From NCBI GenBank assembly GCA_964016885.1, contig OZ024741.1, positions 288,238,001 through 288,302,000 of the forward strand: DNA of 64,000 nucleotides. The letters run 5' to 3'. This stretch comes from Eledone cirrhosa. Its lineage: Eukaryota. Under the pieces are notes generated by a model. The model ran no database searches. It saw only the letters and a program-made list of their open reading frames with translations, and had not been told where the DNA came from. Below, one piece after another: positions 41,665 to 55,387 of the stretch (position 1 is the first letter of the stretch; every line of letters starts with the position of its first letter). The position numbers and the translations under genes were made by a program.

Positions 41665-44540
41665 TAGTGGGAAACCTATGAACCTAAAATTTGTAGACAG
41701 GAAAAAATTAAAAGAAACAACAGCTAAGGTAAACAAGGTCATCCCATACCTTGAGGCGAGGAACCTTCACCAATGCAACAATATCCTCAAAGCAACAGCA
41801 AATGCGGTGAGGAAATTACTTGGCATAAAAACGAGAGGAAACAACAAACAAGAAAGATCAGAACCTTGGTGGAAGAAACGACTGAATGGTCAAATCAGGG
41901 AAATGAGAAATGATATTGAAAGCTTGAGTCCCTACTGAATGGGATACTACAAAACATAGACACTAAAAATAGACTGGAAATAAAGTACAAAACTAGGAGA
42001 AAAAAGCTAAATATTATCATAGAGGAACTGAAGCAACGCATTGTAGCAAAGAGTGCAAAGATTAGGCGATATGAGAGCAGAGTCAGTCTGTATAGACAGA
42101 ACCGCATGTTTGACAACAACCAGAAGATGTTATTTGGACAGCTTGAAGGGAAAGAAAGAGGCAACGACTTGATCCCTGAGGCGGAACAGACTAAGACATA
42201 CTGGAGAGGAATATGGGAGCAGGATGTTGAACATAATGATCAGGCAGTGTGGATTGAGACAGTACAAAAGGAGATTAGTGAACAGGCACACCAACAAACT
42301 GATTTGAGTATCACAGTTGAAACTCTTAAAGGGCAGGCCAAAAAACTAACCAACTGGAAATCACCAGGCCCAGATGGTGTGCAGGGGTATTGGATTAAAA
42401 ATATAACATCCCTCCACCCGAAACTGACAACCATGTTCAATGACTGCTTGATGTCAGGTGAGGTACCAGAGTGGTTGATAAAAGGTACCACAGTTCTGGT
42501 AATGAAAGACCGAATCAAGGGTAATGATGTTACCAACTATAGACCTATCACATGTCTGTCCGTAATGTGGAAACTGTTAACAAGCATTGTGTCTGAGGAA
42601 ATCTACCATCACCTCCACATAAACAACTTGTTACCGGACGAACAGAAAGGATGCCGAAAGAAGTCCCGTGGTTCAAAGGACCAGTTACTTATTGATAAGA
42701 TGGTAATGAGGAATTGAAAGAGGAGACACATTGGTCTTGCCATGGGATGGATAGACTACAAAAAGGCATTCGACATGGTACCTCATTCTTGGATAACCAA
42801 AAGCCTAGAGATCTTCAAGGTGGCAGATAACATCAGACAGTTGTTGAGCAAAAGTATGAAGTCCTGGAAAACAGAGTTAACACCGGGTGGAGAATCCTTT
42901 GGATGCGTGAAGATCAAGAGAGGTATCTTCCATGGAGATAGTTTGTCCCCTCTGTTGTGTGTTTGTCCTTGCCCTGATACCCCTGACCATTATACTGCGA
43001 AAAGTGAGAGCAGGATACAAGTTGGGAAAAGGAGAGCTTACCATCAATCACCTCCTCTTCATGGACGATCTTAAGCTCTTCGGGAAGAGTGAGAAGGAGT
43101 TGGATGTGCTTGTTGACACTGTCCGTATTTTCAGCAATGATATATGTATGCAATTTGGTATTAGTAAGTGTGGAGTCCTAGTGATGAAGAGGGGTAAATT
43201 GAGCAGAAGCAACGGAATCCAGGTACCAACAAGTGAGATGATAAAAGAAATTGACACTGAAGAAGGATACAAATATTTAGGTGTTCTGGAGGCAGATGAC
43301 ACCAAGAACAAAAAAATGAAGGAATTGATAAGATCTGAGTACATTCGGAGAGTAAGGAGCGTATTAAAATCACATCTGAACAGTAGGAATGCCATAAGTG
43401 CAGTAAATTCCCGAGCTGTGTCTATTATTAGGTACAGTGCGGGAATTCTGAAATGGAATGTTGCTGAACAAAAAGAAATGGATAGGAAGACTAGGAAGCT
43501 ATTGACTATCTACAACATGTTCCACAAGAGGAGTGATGTCGATAGACTCTACTTAAGGAGGTCTGAAGGTGGAAAAGGTCTTATCAGCATAGAGGACTGT
43601 GTTCAGATGGAGAAAAACAACCTACACAAATACGTGACTGACAGTAGGGAGCCAATCCTCAGAATTGTACTGAAAGAGAGAACAATAGACCAGGGGATGT
43701 CCAAGGAGGAAAGAACAACAAGGAGGAAGAGCATGAAAAATCCTTTCATAGTACCTTCTTTGAGAAAACTAAATTTAGAGATCGACAGACATGGAACTGG
43801 TTGGAAAGAGGAGACCTTAAAAAGGCTACAGAAGGATTGCTAATGACTGCGCAAGAGCAGGCCCTCAAAACGAAGTGGGTGAAACACCATATTTACAAGG
43901 AGGAGGCTAGCCCACTGTGTAGGATCTGTGGGGAGAAAGAGGAGACTGTGGCTCACATTGTATCCGAGTGTAAACACCTAACCCAGACTCACTATAAATG
44001 CTGGAGACATGATGTGATGGGCAGGGTGATCCACTGGCACCTATGCAAATAAACAATTTACCACATTCTGAGAAGTGGTATGAGCATAAGCCAGAGTCGG
44101 CGATAGAAAACGATCAGGTGAAGGTGCTGTGGGATTTTAGGATACAGACGGACAAGAAACTGGAACACAATAGACCTGACCTGGTGGTTTTGGACAAGGA
44201 AAAAAGATCGTGCCTGATTGTAGATGTAGCCTGCCCATTCGACACGAGAGTGCAAGAGAAGGAGAGGGAGAAAATTAACCGATACCAGGACTTAAAGTGG
44301 GAGGTAAAAAGGATTTGGAACTGCCATGAAGTTAAAGTGGTCCCGATTGTCATAGGCGCACTAGGTACTGTCTCAAAGAGTTTCCAAGGATGTTAAAGAA
44401 AATTAGTCCAGCCCCGCTTTTTGGAACACTTCAAAAGGCATGCTTGCTGGGAACAGCAAGAACTCTCCGATACGTCCTGAATATCTGAGGCTGCAGGTAG
44501 TGGCTTGATATTCATTTCAACAAACTTTCTAGTTAAATAA
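41662..44540 (+). mobile_element. R4/Dong-like REL non-LTR retrotransposon, 5'-truncated, degenerate
   Basis: RT motifs NWKSPGPDGVQGYW, NYRPITCL, WIDYKKAFDMVPH and HLLFMDDLKL. CCHC CRICGEKEETVAHIVSEC; REL HNRPDLVV..IVDVACPFD..EKINRY. Adjacent (TAA)n at 41626-41661. Several stops and frameshifts. Confidence 0.93.
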
Positions 44541-44659
44541 CTGTTTCTACTTTTGGCACAACGCCAGCAATTACCCAGTGCATTACTGGTACTTTATTTT
44601 ATCGACAAATAACATCAATGACTGAGACTCAAATAACAATAATAATAATAATAATAATG

Positions 44660-45344
44660 CTTTCTTTATTAACCACAAGGGTTTACACAAAGTAGACATT
44701 AAGGACAGTACAGGACAATACAGGACGGTACAAATGGGCATTTCTGCGTGTAAAAAAACAAAAAAAAACAGAGGATGTAATAAAAGAACAATGAAAAATT
44801 CGCAATAGAGGTGGGGGGGGGAGACTTCCGAGGGCCATCGTGGAGAAAGCCCATTAAAAAAAGCCACGGTGACCCTGACCACCAGGGCAATTGTCCTCTC
44901 CCAGTTTTCCACCTTCAATTTACAGGCATTTACTCAGAGTAGGTCCATTTACTCGGGCCATTCTTGTCTCTCTCACCCATCTTTCAACAAAAAGCTGGGA
45001 AGAGAGCACCTCCCTCTCTACCCTGATTTTCCTTTTCAAATGAAATTGGAAAAAGTTAATCAGGGCATCACCGAAGAGGTAAGTGCTCGTCTTCAGCCCT
45101 TTCAGATGCGTCCACCATACTATCTCTTTCGCCATGGCCACCAGACAGATAAAAACTGCCTGCCCTTCCCGGCTAAAGGAAGAGGGCGGGGCAATCCTCA
45201 CGATGGACTCAGCTGATAGTCGGATCCGTTCTATACGCGACAGCAGGTGTTCGACATAAACCCACAAGTCAGCAATACTCGGACACAGGACGAGTGCATG
45301 CAGGACGGTTTCGTCGCCCTGCGCGCATCTCGGACATGCCCGGC

Positions 45345-45345
<1 letters not shown>
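44660..45345 (-). mobile_element. Tx1/L1-like LINE 3' fragment with (TTA)n tail
   Basis: Paralogous to 45380-46050 (QAVFICLVAMAKEIVWWT..KIRVER). (TAA)n at 44638-44657. Confidence 0.85.
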
Positions 45346-45379
<34 letters not shown>

Positions 45380-45381
<2 letters not shown>

Positions 45382-48300
45382 GTTTCTTTATTGGCCACAA
45401 GGGCTAACACGAAGAAAAACATTAGAGACGGCACATAACAGTACAGGACGATACAAAGTGGGTTTTGGTCGTGTAAATAGGTTATAACAAAATCGGGCTA
45501 GAAATAAAAAAAAATTCAAACAATAAAAATTCCCCCGAAAGGGGGACACCTCCGAGGGTAACTCGTGGCGAAAACCACACAAAAAAGACCACGGCCACCC
45601 TGGCCACCAAGGCAAGCACCCTCTCTCAGTTTTCCCACTCCTCAGTCTACAGGCGCATACTCAGAGCGGGCCCGTTCACTCGGACCAGACTCGCCACTTT
45701 CACCCACCTTTCAACAAACTTACTAGAAGACAGCACTTGCCTCTCCACCCTGATTTTCCTCCTCAAGTGAAACTTGAAAAAGTTAATCAGGGATTGGCCG
45801 GAGAGGAAAGTGTCTGTCTTCAACTCTTTTAACCTTGTCCACCACACAATCTCTTTCGCCATGGCTACCAGGCAGATGAAAACTGCCTGCTCTTCCTCCT
45901 CTTTAAAGGAGGATGGCGGGGCTATCTGCACAATGGACTCAGTCGATAATCGGATCCGTCCTACACGCGACAGCAATTGTTCCACATAGCTCCACAAGTC
46001 AGCAATCCTTGGGCACTGAACAAGTGCGTGCAGGATGGTTACGTCGTCCTGCGCGCATCTCGGACAGACTCGGCTGACAGCACCTCCGTGCCTGTAGTGC
46101 TTATCCCGAACCGGCAACGCTCCCCGGTAGTACTGCCAGGCCAGAAATTTCTTGAAATTGTCCATAGGCCCCCGGTTGAAAGTTCTCTTGAAGAGAGCAA
46201 AAAGCTGATCGTTTTCGACGCCCAAGGTATCCCCGAGAACGTCGTCGCTCTTCCTCTCCACTAGCCCTCTATAGAACGCCAAGGTGGATGTTCCACCGAT
46301 ATCAGTGCCCAGTTAGTAGAGGGCGGTGAGCGCTTGGAGACATTCCAGCTTCCAAGCGCTATCCCTCCGTCTTTTTCTGATCCAGGACTGCAGCTCCGTC
46401 AAGGAGACGAGTGGGGGAAAAGCGTGTCTGGCAAACGGCGACCACGCCTGTTCACCGTCAAGGACACCAGAGATGTCGCAGCCTCAGCGCATGTTTGCGC
46501 ATCATCAGCCACGGCATGCCCAATCCTCCACGCAACGGGTGCTGACAGCAGATGGATTGTCTGACCATGAGAGCACGTCCCTTCCACAAAAAGCGGATGA
46601 GAAGGCGCTCCATTTTAGTCATAGTTGGACGGGAGCAAGGTACGACGGTAAGGCGGTAGCAGATGACGGACGCGATGTACGCATTCGCTACCTCCGCCCG
46701 ACCTTTCAGAGACAGCCTCCTCTCAGCCCATTTCTGGGTGAGAGAAGCCACCCTGCTCGTCACCTCACTCCAGTTTTTCTCCATCTGGAGGTCCGGACCG
46801 AACCAGACTCCGAACAATTTAACCGGTCCTTCCGTCCAGCGCCCCACGACGCTGTCGGACGGTATGGACTTGCCTCTCCAGGTGCCGAGCTGCAAGCCCA
46901 CCGACTTTTTCTGGTTTATCTTTGCTCCTGTCACCACTTCGTATTCCCTGAGAGCATCTGGACGTGTTTGGTGCTTGACACCACCACGGTGACGTCATCG
47001 GCGTAAGCCGACACGGATCTCCCACATCCCAGTTCGCGAGGACCCCCCCCATCATGGTCTCCAATTTGTGCAGTAATAGCTCGAGGACCAGTACTTACAA
47101 GATAGGGGACAACCCTGGCGGACCGAGCGCATGATGCTGAACGGCTGCGCCAGGTGACCATTCACCCTCACAATCGAGCAGATGTCGCTGTGCATCCTAG
47201 CGATTCAGTCCCTAAAAACGGACCCGAAGCTGGCCGCCTCAAGGACCGCAGCCAAGTACCGGTAGTCGACCCTATTAAATGCTTTAGATCCAGGCCCCAC
47301 CCGTGCCAGGTTCCTTAACCACCCTCTCTATGATGTATCGCATGAGATGGAGGTTGTCGTGGATGGATCTGTCCGGAAGAGCACATGTCTGCGTTTCTCC
47401 CACCAGATCACCGACGACAAGCGCCAATCTCTTTGCTAACACCTTGGCCAAAATGTTGAACTCTGTGTTATGGGTATGAAGTTGTCTATAACGTCCCCAT
47501 TTGTTCGGGTCTTTTCTCAGCAGCACAACCGCTCCCTGGCTCACAAAACTGGCAATTCTCCCGTTCTGCTGCCAGTTGCAGTAGACATCTGCCAAGAGGT
47601 CGCCGAACAAGTCTGGCATGTACGCATAAAGCTCGTAGGGCAGACCATCCAAACCTGGCCATTTACCCCTCGTGCAATCAGACATCGCTTCCCGTATTTC
47701 ACTGGCTGTTATCGGCTTTTCGCAGAACTGCGCTGCAGTCGTCGAGAGCCGCGACAGTCTGTCGAGGTATGCACCGAAGTCCATACTCCGATCCGGCCCA
47801 CCGCCGCTCCAGAACAATTGAGCAAAGTACTGTTGAAAAGAAGCACACATCTGCTCGGGTTCGAGCAACATGCGCCCGTTTTGATCAGGCAAAGACCGAA
47901 TTGTGGACTTGTTTCCACGTCACGCCTCCACTACTCGGGCCCATTGAACGGCTTTAGTCCCCTCGTGTCTCAGAGCACGCGCTCTAGCTCTTTACAACAT
48001 TGTAAACACATGCTTTTCGTTGAAGAATTGGTCGAGTGCCAATCTCGCCGCAAGCACGTCGGTTGCGATGCCTGTCCTAAACGCCACTTCTAGCTTTCTA
48101 GCTAGCTCTCCCTCTACTCTATTTTCCTCAATCACTACTCCTTTGCTAAACCTTATTGATTCTACTCTAATAGCCCTTTTCAGGCTAAACCACCACCTGT
48201 TGTTGACGATCAAACCCGTCAACGCACGCTTAACTAATTCGCTAATCCGGTCTATGTAAGCTTTGCGCACAGGGAACGACGCTTTCAGCTTCCAGTAACC

Positions 48301-49550
48301 GGGCCCTTGCCTATGGAGTCTATCTAAGTCAACTTCACAGATCACAAATTTGTGGTCCGTGTAGTCGACTACTTTAAATTGTGGACAACCTACGCTAGCC
48401 TTATCTGTTTCCCTACAGAATACCCTATCTAAATACGATCTGGATGATCCGATGCGGTTTGCCCATGTCCACATTCGCACATTCGGATAATCCAGTCTAT
48501 ACCTGTCAGACAGTTTAAAACGTCTGAGCAGGTTGTTGACGCTTTTACACCCTCCTCCTCCTCTGTCTACTAACCCCACACAATCCCAGCGTGCATCTAA
48601 GATACCGTTCCAGTCGCTAAGGCTCGTGCTTCGGGGATTCTGGTCTCGCGGATGGCCACCACATCTATGTTTAGTGACCTGAGGTCGTTCAGCAGGTGAC
48701 CCTGCTTCCAAGATGACCCCCAGGCCACGTACATTTATACTGCCTATTCTAAGTACTGCCATGCTGGATGAGGAAACGGGGTAAGTGAGAAAGGATCACG
48801 TACCTTGATCGTGTGGGGAAGGGACGACAGTAGAACAGTCCCTTCGGCTGGTCATGGGTGTCTCCAAGATGATATCGGTATACATTCTTTTGGAGAGTGA
48901 CCCCCTGAAATATCCAACTGCGCTGGGGAATTTTTGCTTTAATTGTTTATCGTCTTCCAGTTTAATTTCGACAATTGTAATGTTTTTGGGTAATGTTCTT
49001 GGTGTCGGTGGGGTGTGGTAATTTGAGTCTGTAATATCTGTGTGTTGTTTTATATGTTCCATTAATCCTTTGTGTGTGATATTTATGGATGTGTACTTTT
49101 TTTTGGGGGGGGGGGGGTTGATGTTGTTGCTGTTTTCTTGTTGTTGCTGTTGGGTGTGTGTGTGCTTTGATGTGTTTGCGATGTTGGTGTTTTTGGTGAT
49201 GTTGGTGGTGGTGTGGTTGTTGGTGGTGATGTTTGTGGTGGTGATGGTGGTGGTGTTGCTGCAAGTCTCCTTGCAGCATTTACTCCTCTTTCTTTGCTTT
49301 TGGAGAGAGAAGCTGTGGTGTTTTTGCGTTGGTTCTTTTTGTTGACAACCGTTTTCCACTCCTCAGTTGCCTCATACTCCATATCTGACTGTGAGACGTC
49401 GGGGAGGAGTATGAGTTCTACCCTCTCATTTGTCTTTGTTGTTGTTGTTGTTGGTGGTGGTGGAGCCTGGTCTGCCGTTCATGGTGCAACTGTTCTCTGT
49501 GAAACTGTTTCTGTTGCTGCAGTTGCCGCCGCTGTTTTTCTTTTTTTGAT
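45380..49550 (-). mobile_element. Tx1/L1-clade LINE, near full length, degenerate
   Basis: APE: IGSINVRGL, SRSYLDRVF, TDHKFV, GPGYWKL. RT: PGLDGLPYE, AYADDVT, GGLGMP. C-terminal CPRC..HALVQCP. Low-complexity ORF1 remnant 48796-49550. (TAA)n at 45345-45380. Confidence 0.92.
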
Positions 49551-49799
49551 TAAATCGGCTCCAGTGCGTTACTGGTATTTTATTTTATTGACTCCGTAAT
49601 AATAACAAATGGGAGGATTTAGTGAAATAACTAACTTTCTCATTATGAAGTAGTGTTTTGAACACAAAACATTCTTATATAAGATTGTAATGGAAAATTT
49701 AAGTATTAAATACTAACTCTTTAAAACAGATATTTTTTTAAATCATAGAATCAGGGACGGTTTCTGGCCGTTTTGGTATATAAGGGTTAAAAAGAAATC

Positions 49800-50865
49800 C
49801 ATAAAGATTTTTGAAGGTTAAACATCAAATTCATGGTGAAGCTATGGTGGAAGAGCAGCCAAATCTCTGGAGGAAGTTTATGGGGACAATGCTCCAAAGA
49901 AACCAACAACCTTCAACTGGATAAGTCATTTTAGAAGTGGAAGAGATAAGGTTGAAGATGATCACTGCTGTGTCAGGCCATCCACGTCAGTCTGTGTGGA
50001 AAACATCGATGTTGTTCGCGACCTAATTGAAAAGTATAAGCGAGTAACCACTGAATCAGTAGCCGACACACTCAACATCTCCATGGGTTCAGTACACACA
50101 ATTCTGGTGGAGAGTTTGGCGCTGAGTAAGCTTTCCGCTCGAGGGTCCCAAAGCTGTTGTGCCCAGCAGCAAACAAGGGCAGATCTTTCGATGGAAATTT
50201 TGAGCAAGTGGGATGAAGACCCTGAATCTTTTCTGCAGAAAATTGTTACCGGGGATGAAACGTGGTTCTACCAGTACGATCCCGAGGACAAAATTTAATC
50301 GAAGCAGTGGCTGTCCTGGGGTGGGAGTGGGTCAGTCAATGCAAAATCAGAGCGTTCAAGAGTGAAGGTCATGACCACTGTCTTCTGGGATGCAGAAGGG
50401 ATTTTGCTGGTTGACTTCCTCAAGGACTCGAGAACAATTACAGCTGCATATTATGAAGGCGTTTTAAGAAAACTAGCCAAGAAAATTGCGGAAAAACTCC
50501 CGGGGAAGCTGCATCGTCGCGTCCTCTTCCACCACGACAATGCACCCGCTCACAGGGCTCGGCAGACAGAGCTGTGTTACGCTAATTTCGATGGGAAATC
50601 ATCCGACACGCACTTTACAGTCCCGATTTAGCTCCATCTGACCATTGAAAGGTACCCATTTTCCATCAGTTAAAGATGTAAAAAAAGGTGGTTTGACATG
50701 GTTTAAATCGCATGGCACACAGTTTTGCAGATGGATTTAAAGGCTGGTATCAACGCTTGCAGAAATGTATTGACCTAAATGGAGCATATGTTGAAAAATA
50801 AACATTATAACTTAAACCGTTTTTTCCAACTGTCATTTTTCCACGAACTTTTTGAAGCTCACTCG

Positions 50866-50866
<1 letters not shown>
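49800..50866 (+). mobile_element. Mariner (Tc1/mariner) transposon, degenerate transposase
   Basis: IVTGDETWFYQYDPEDK, KVMTTVFWDAEGILLVDFL, FHHDNAPAH and YSPDLAPSD. Right TIR ends ...ctcactcg followed by TA. Confidence 0.93.
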
Positions 50867-50942
<76 letters not shown>

Positions 50943-51412
50943 GAAAGAATCGGGGCCCGACGCCTGAGCTAATTCCATATATATTTTTATATTTTTATAT
51001 GTGTGTGTGTGTGTGTGTGTGTTGCATACATATACATATTATATAATACACACACATACACATGCTTATGTCCACATAAACACACACACTTTCATAACGT
51101 TAAAATAAATTTAAATATGAGTGCACTACAAACACACACACTGGCCTGCTGGTGGACTGCTGTCATTTTCCATGGTTACGTGACAGCTTGCTATAAGACG
51201 AAATTAGAAGAAAAAAGCCATGAAAAATATTTAAAAAAGAATAAAAAGAATTCTTGTAATGAAATGCCAATCACGTGATTTGTGTTTGGTTTAATTTCTG
51301 TTTAGCTCAGGTAACTTACTATTTACTTAATAATGTCAGAGATAATGGTCTGAATTTCCCATAGCTTTCTTCTTCTTCCAATGAAAGCAGTTCAATGGCG
51401 AGGTCATTTATC

Positions 51413-51452
<40 letters not shown>

Positions 51453-51483
51453 TAGAATCACCAGATAAAATATATTTTATCTG

Positions 51484-51645
51484 GTGGCTCAATGAAAAGT
51501 TAATAAATTAAATAATCAGAGCTATATATCATAAAACATGTCTATAGAATCACCAGATAAAATATATTTTATCTGGTGATTCTATAGACATGTTTTATGA
51601 TATATAGCTCTGATTATTTAATTTATTAACTTTTCATTGAGCCAC
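51484..51645. repeat. Perfect 162-bp spacer-less palindrome in (TA)n
   Basis: Dyad at 51564/51565 (caccagataaaata|tattttatctggtg). An extra copy of the centre sits at 51449-51486. Confidence 0.92.
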
Positions 51646-51672
51646 AAAGTGACCCGTTGCAAAACACGTATA

Positions 51673-51731
<59 letters not shown>

Positions 51732-51733
51732 CT

Positions 51734-51764
<31 letters not shown>

Positions 51765-51832
51765 CGTTATTCCAGGTTGAATCGGAGGTAACCACAGTAA
51801 GTAAGGTACTCAATACATAGCAGAGTATAAGT

Positions 51833-51879
51833 ATTCCTGATGATTTCTAAAGAATGAAACAGTTCTAGTCCTGTAGAAT
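51833..51879 (+). ncRNA. Type I hammerhead ribozyme ('GAAACAG..CTGTA' family)
   Basis: attc-CTGATGA-t.ttc taaa gaa.t-GAA-ACAG ttctagtc CTGT-A-gaat. Preceded (51770-51829) by an inverted copy of the family's downstream segment. Confidence 0.75.
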
Positions 51880-52184
51880 CTCATCTATATTAAATATATA
51901 TATATATTGCTTGTATAAGTATTGCTTGTACAGGAAATCAAAGTGTGCATACATTTTGGGGGGGACATCCGGTATATATGTATATATTTATATATTTGTG
52001 TGTGAGTGTGCGCGTGCGTGTGTGTTAACCATGTTCGCCGCATGTTTACCTTCGGAAGTGTCACTTAAGTGAGATTTACTTTCCCTACTTACTGCTTGCA
52101 TTGAACTATTTCTTACCGAGATAAGAGTCTTGTTACTAAGCGACAAGGCCTTTTCTTCTTCATTTTAATTATTTTGGTGTCGAG

Positions 52185-52500
52185 TTGGTAGTATTGGTAG
52201 TATTGGTAGTGCGACATTGTGCTACGGCTGTCTATGTTCTGAGTTCAAATCTCGCCAAGGTCAACTTTGCTTTCCGTCCTTCTGGTCAGTGCCGGATTTA
52301 CCATTGTGCTTTGGTGTGCTTAAGCACAGGGCCCCATTGGCCAGGAGGGATGCCCATCTTCCTGCCAAAAAATTATTTTACGTCCTTCGAGGCCCAAGTA
52401 AGGAGCCTCATAACTTGACTAACACAGGGCTTGCTTCTTATAATCCACTTTCCCCTTTTCCGAAATTGCAGGCTTTGTGCCTATGCCAGGAAGAATTATT
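52185..52500 (+). mobile_element. SINE interrupted by a hAT-like MITE (cagtgccggattta..., ~52287-52447)
   Basis: The SINE core breaks at a terminus resembling the 8444 MITE TIR. Confidence 0.5.
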
Positions 52501-52726
52501 TGGAGGTAATTCTTCATTAGTAAAAGCCATACAGCAGTAATTCTCAAACTTATTTTGCTCACGACCTTTGTACGACATTACAAAACAACAACGAATATAT
52601 TTCGAGCATTAAAGGAAACAAACAATTTTTTAGAGACAAAATTAATAAAAACAACACCATCATATAATAATTTTTTAATATTAAATCTTATTAAAACATA
52701 TCTTATCACGCGGAACCCACTTTCGG

Positions 52727-52768
<42 letters not shown>

Positions 52769-53014
52769 TGTGTGTGTGTTTGACTTACTTCAGTTCCAAC
52801 GACGTGTTTTCCAGTTGTTTGAACAACGGAATAACCTGCTTGTGAAATTAACAGGAAAGTGGCAGAACTTTCCACAGCCAAATGTGCATTTAACCTAAAT
52901 TCTCAGGGACATTCAGCGAGGCACAATGTATAACAAATCTGGTCCTTTGAAATACAGGTAGAACACACATTTTCCAGCTGAACGGACTGGAATAACGAGA
53001 AATAAAGTGCCTTA

Positions 53015-53520
53015 TAAGGCGGCGCATTGGCAGAGTTGTTAGGACGTCGGTTAGAATTCTTTACAGTATTTTTTCTGTCTCTCTGAATTAAAATTTCGCC
53101 GAGGTTAACATTGTCTTCCATCCTTTCAAAGTGGATAAATAAAATACCAGTCAACTAATGGGTCGATTATTTCTCTTTCTCACTCTCCCTAATCCCTTTT
53201 CTCTTTCTCCAGAAGAAATCGGTTGTGTTCAAATACGACTGAATTAGAAGTTAAAGACTCATATCAATAATCACTTCAAAAGTTAGCTTTGTTTAAGAAA
53301 GAAAGGTCATTCCATGACTGTGATTCAAGATCAGTTATTTCACACGATTTACTATATCCTAACATGCTGTGAATAGGCAGAGTCGTTAGAACGTTGGATA
53401 GAGTGCTGTGTGGTGTATGTTCCTGTTAGATGCGATCTGAGTTCAAAACTTGCCAAAGTCATCTTTGCCTTCCACCAATTTAAGGTGAATAAAAAAAGTA
53501 CCAGTTCAGTACTAGGGTCG
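53015..53520 (+). mobile_element. Two diverged SINEs
   Basis: aggcggcgcattggcagag and ggcagagtcgttagaacg heads with cores. Confidence 0.7.
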
Positions 53521-54679
53521 ATTCTTTCTCTATATATCTTTCCCACTTCCTCTCTCTCTCCCTCTGTCGGTACTATAACGGAATACTCCTATGTTTTACC
53601 GCCGAAGATTCGAAACCGAATCTGAGCTTTCTCGCCTCTGGGACAATTTATCGTTTGAAGTTCTCACCATTGTCTTGTCAAGACAACGATGATAAATGTA
53701 CATTCCATTTGACCTGTGACCCCAACCTCTTGGGAGACGATAACCACAGAGCTGACCATAAATCAACCTCATATATCCATCCTTCTAACTTAAGCATTTA
53801 TTATAAATACAAGGAGTTAAGGAACCAAAAGGTCAGACACGAAGCGGCAGTCAACAAGATAACGATCAGTAGACCTTTCACTCTATCTTTCTCCTGGCCC
53901 TTACTGGCTTACCTCCTCGGCCACTGAAACAGACAGCCAGCCAGCCATGCCTGCCTGACTGACTGACCACTACTACTAAGACAATAACGTATACTAAGAA
54001 TACACACACACACATAGTAAGTTCATATTGTTTACATTATACGCTCACCCTTTTTCTTCTTGTTATATTGTATCTTTAAGATACAGCACAAATTATACTA
54101 TATCGTCTTCTCTGATACATGCATTCACGTAGCTCGTAGAGCTACCAATTTAATGTACGGATATTTTCATGTCATAAATTTTATTATTCGATGTTCAAAT
54201 TCAATATTGTTATTGTAAAATAAACATTGTAAACAACACAATCCTGGCATTATTCTTTTCATCAAACTACCATACAAAGAATACAACAACCTATCCGTTA
54301 CAGGTCTATCTGTCTATGTCTTTGTCCCCCCTCTCTCCCTCTCCCTATCGCTCCTCTGACCGGGTTCAGATCCGTCAGGTTTAGAATGCCCACGGCAAGT
54401 TATATGTCACTACGGTGCCTCTGTAACCCACCTCAGGAGTTATGAGCCCATAATACTATTTCCTACTTCCAGTAATATTTACACTGTAATCAATTGGTTA
54501 TTGTCGAACACATTCAGTTTAAATAGAGCAAGCTATCTTCATTGTCAATCAATCTATTTAATCACAAAAACATCAGATCCCACCTTTCGTCGTTAGTTTT
54601 GTTCATTTCTTTTTATATAATTAGTCACATGAAGAAGTACACATAACATTTTCCGACTTTACTCACATGGGCTCTACTA

Positions 54680-55160
54680 AAGGTCTCTGGGGCCAGGTAG
54701 ATGAGGGTGTTACACCTGACAATGGAGAACTAAGTCTATCGCCCTAATAAACTCCGCTAAAGAGACCCTAGGGTTAGCTGAATTATGGTGTTACACCTGA
54801 CAATGGAGAACTAAGTCTACCACACCAATAAACTCCGCTAAAGAGACCCTAAGGTTAGCTGGATGGTGGTGTTAAACCTGACAATGGAGAACTAAGTCTA
54901 CCACACCAATAGACTCCGCTAAAGAGACCCTAAGGTTAGCTGGATGGTGGTGTTAAACCTGACAATGGAGAACTAAGTCTACCACACCAATAAATTCCGC
55001 TAAAGAGACCCTAGGGTTAGCTGGATGGTGGTGCTATACCCGACGAAGAATGTAGTATGTCACTCCACTGGACACCCTACAAACGACACACCCTAGGGTC
55101 AGGTGAGTGGTGGTGTTAAACCTGATGACAGAGAATTAAGTATAAACTACGATAAAACCC
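54680..55160. repeat. 81-bp tandem repeat, ~5.5 copies
   Basis: ggtgtta(c/a)acctgacaatggagaactaagtctac starts at 54706, 54787, 54868 and 54949, with diverged copies at 55030 and ~55112. Confidence 0.92.
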
Positions 55161-55387
55161 TTATCAAATAAAAGCTGTGAAAGAAACACAACTGTAAGAA
55201 TTTATGTCTGTCTTCTCAAATCAATAGTTGGTCATTTCTCTGGCAACGTCAATAACATCGATTTATTTTAGTCTTATGGAAGCCGAGATTATATAACTTC
55301 TAAGAGTTCAATAACCGGTATTATTACACACGAACATACTATTACAAGCCAATCACAAAAAAACAGCAATCGAACGAGACTCTAGGT

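Noticed and set aside
46326-48093. Long plus-strand ORFs (226 aa, 207 aa)
   Set aside because: Antisense shadows of the GC-rich Tx1-like ORF2, with no recognisable motifs.
53565-54290. Possible solo LTR
   Set aside because: Composition and aataaa are suggestive, but no TSD, PBS or second copy could be identified.
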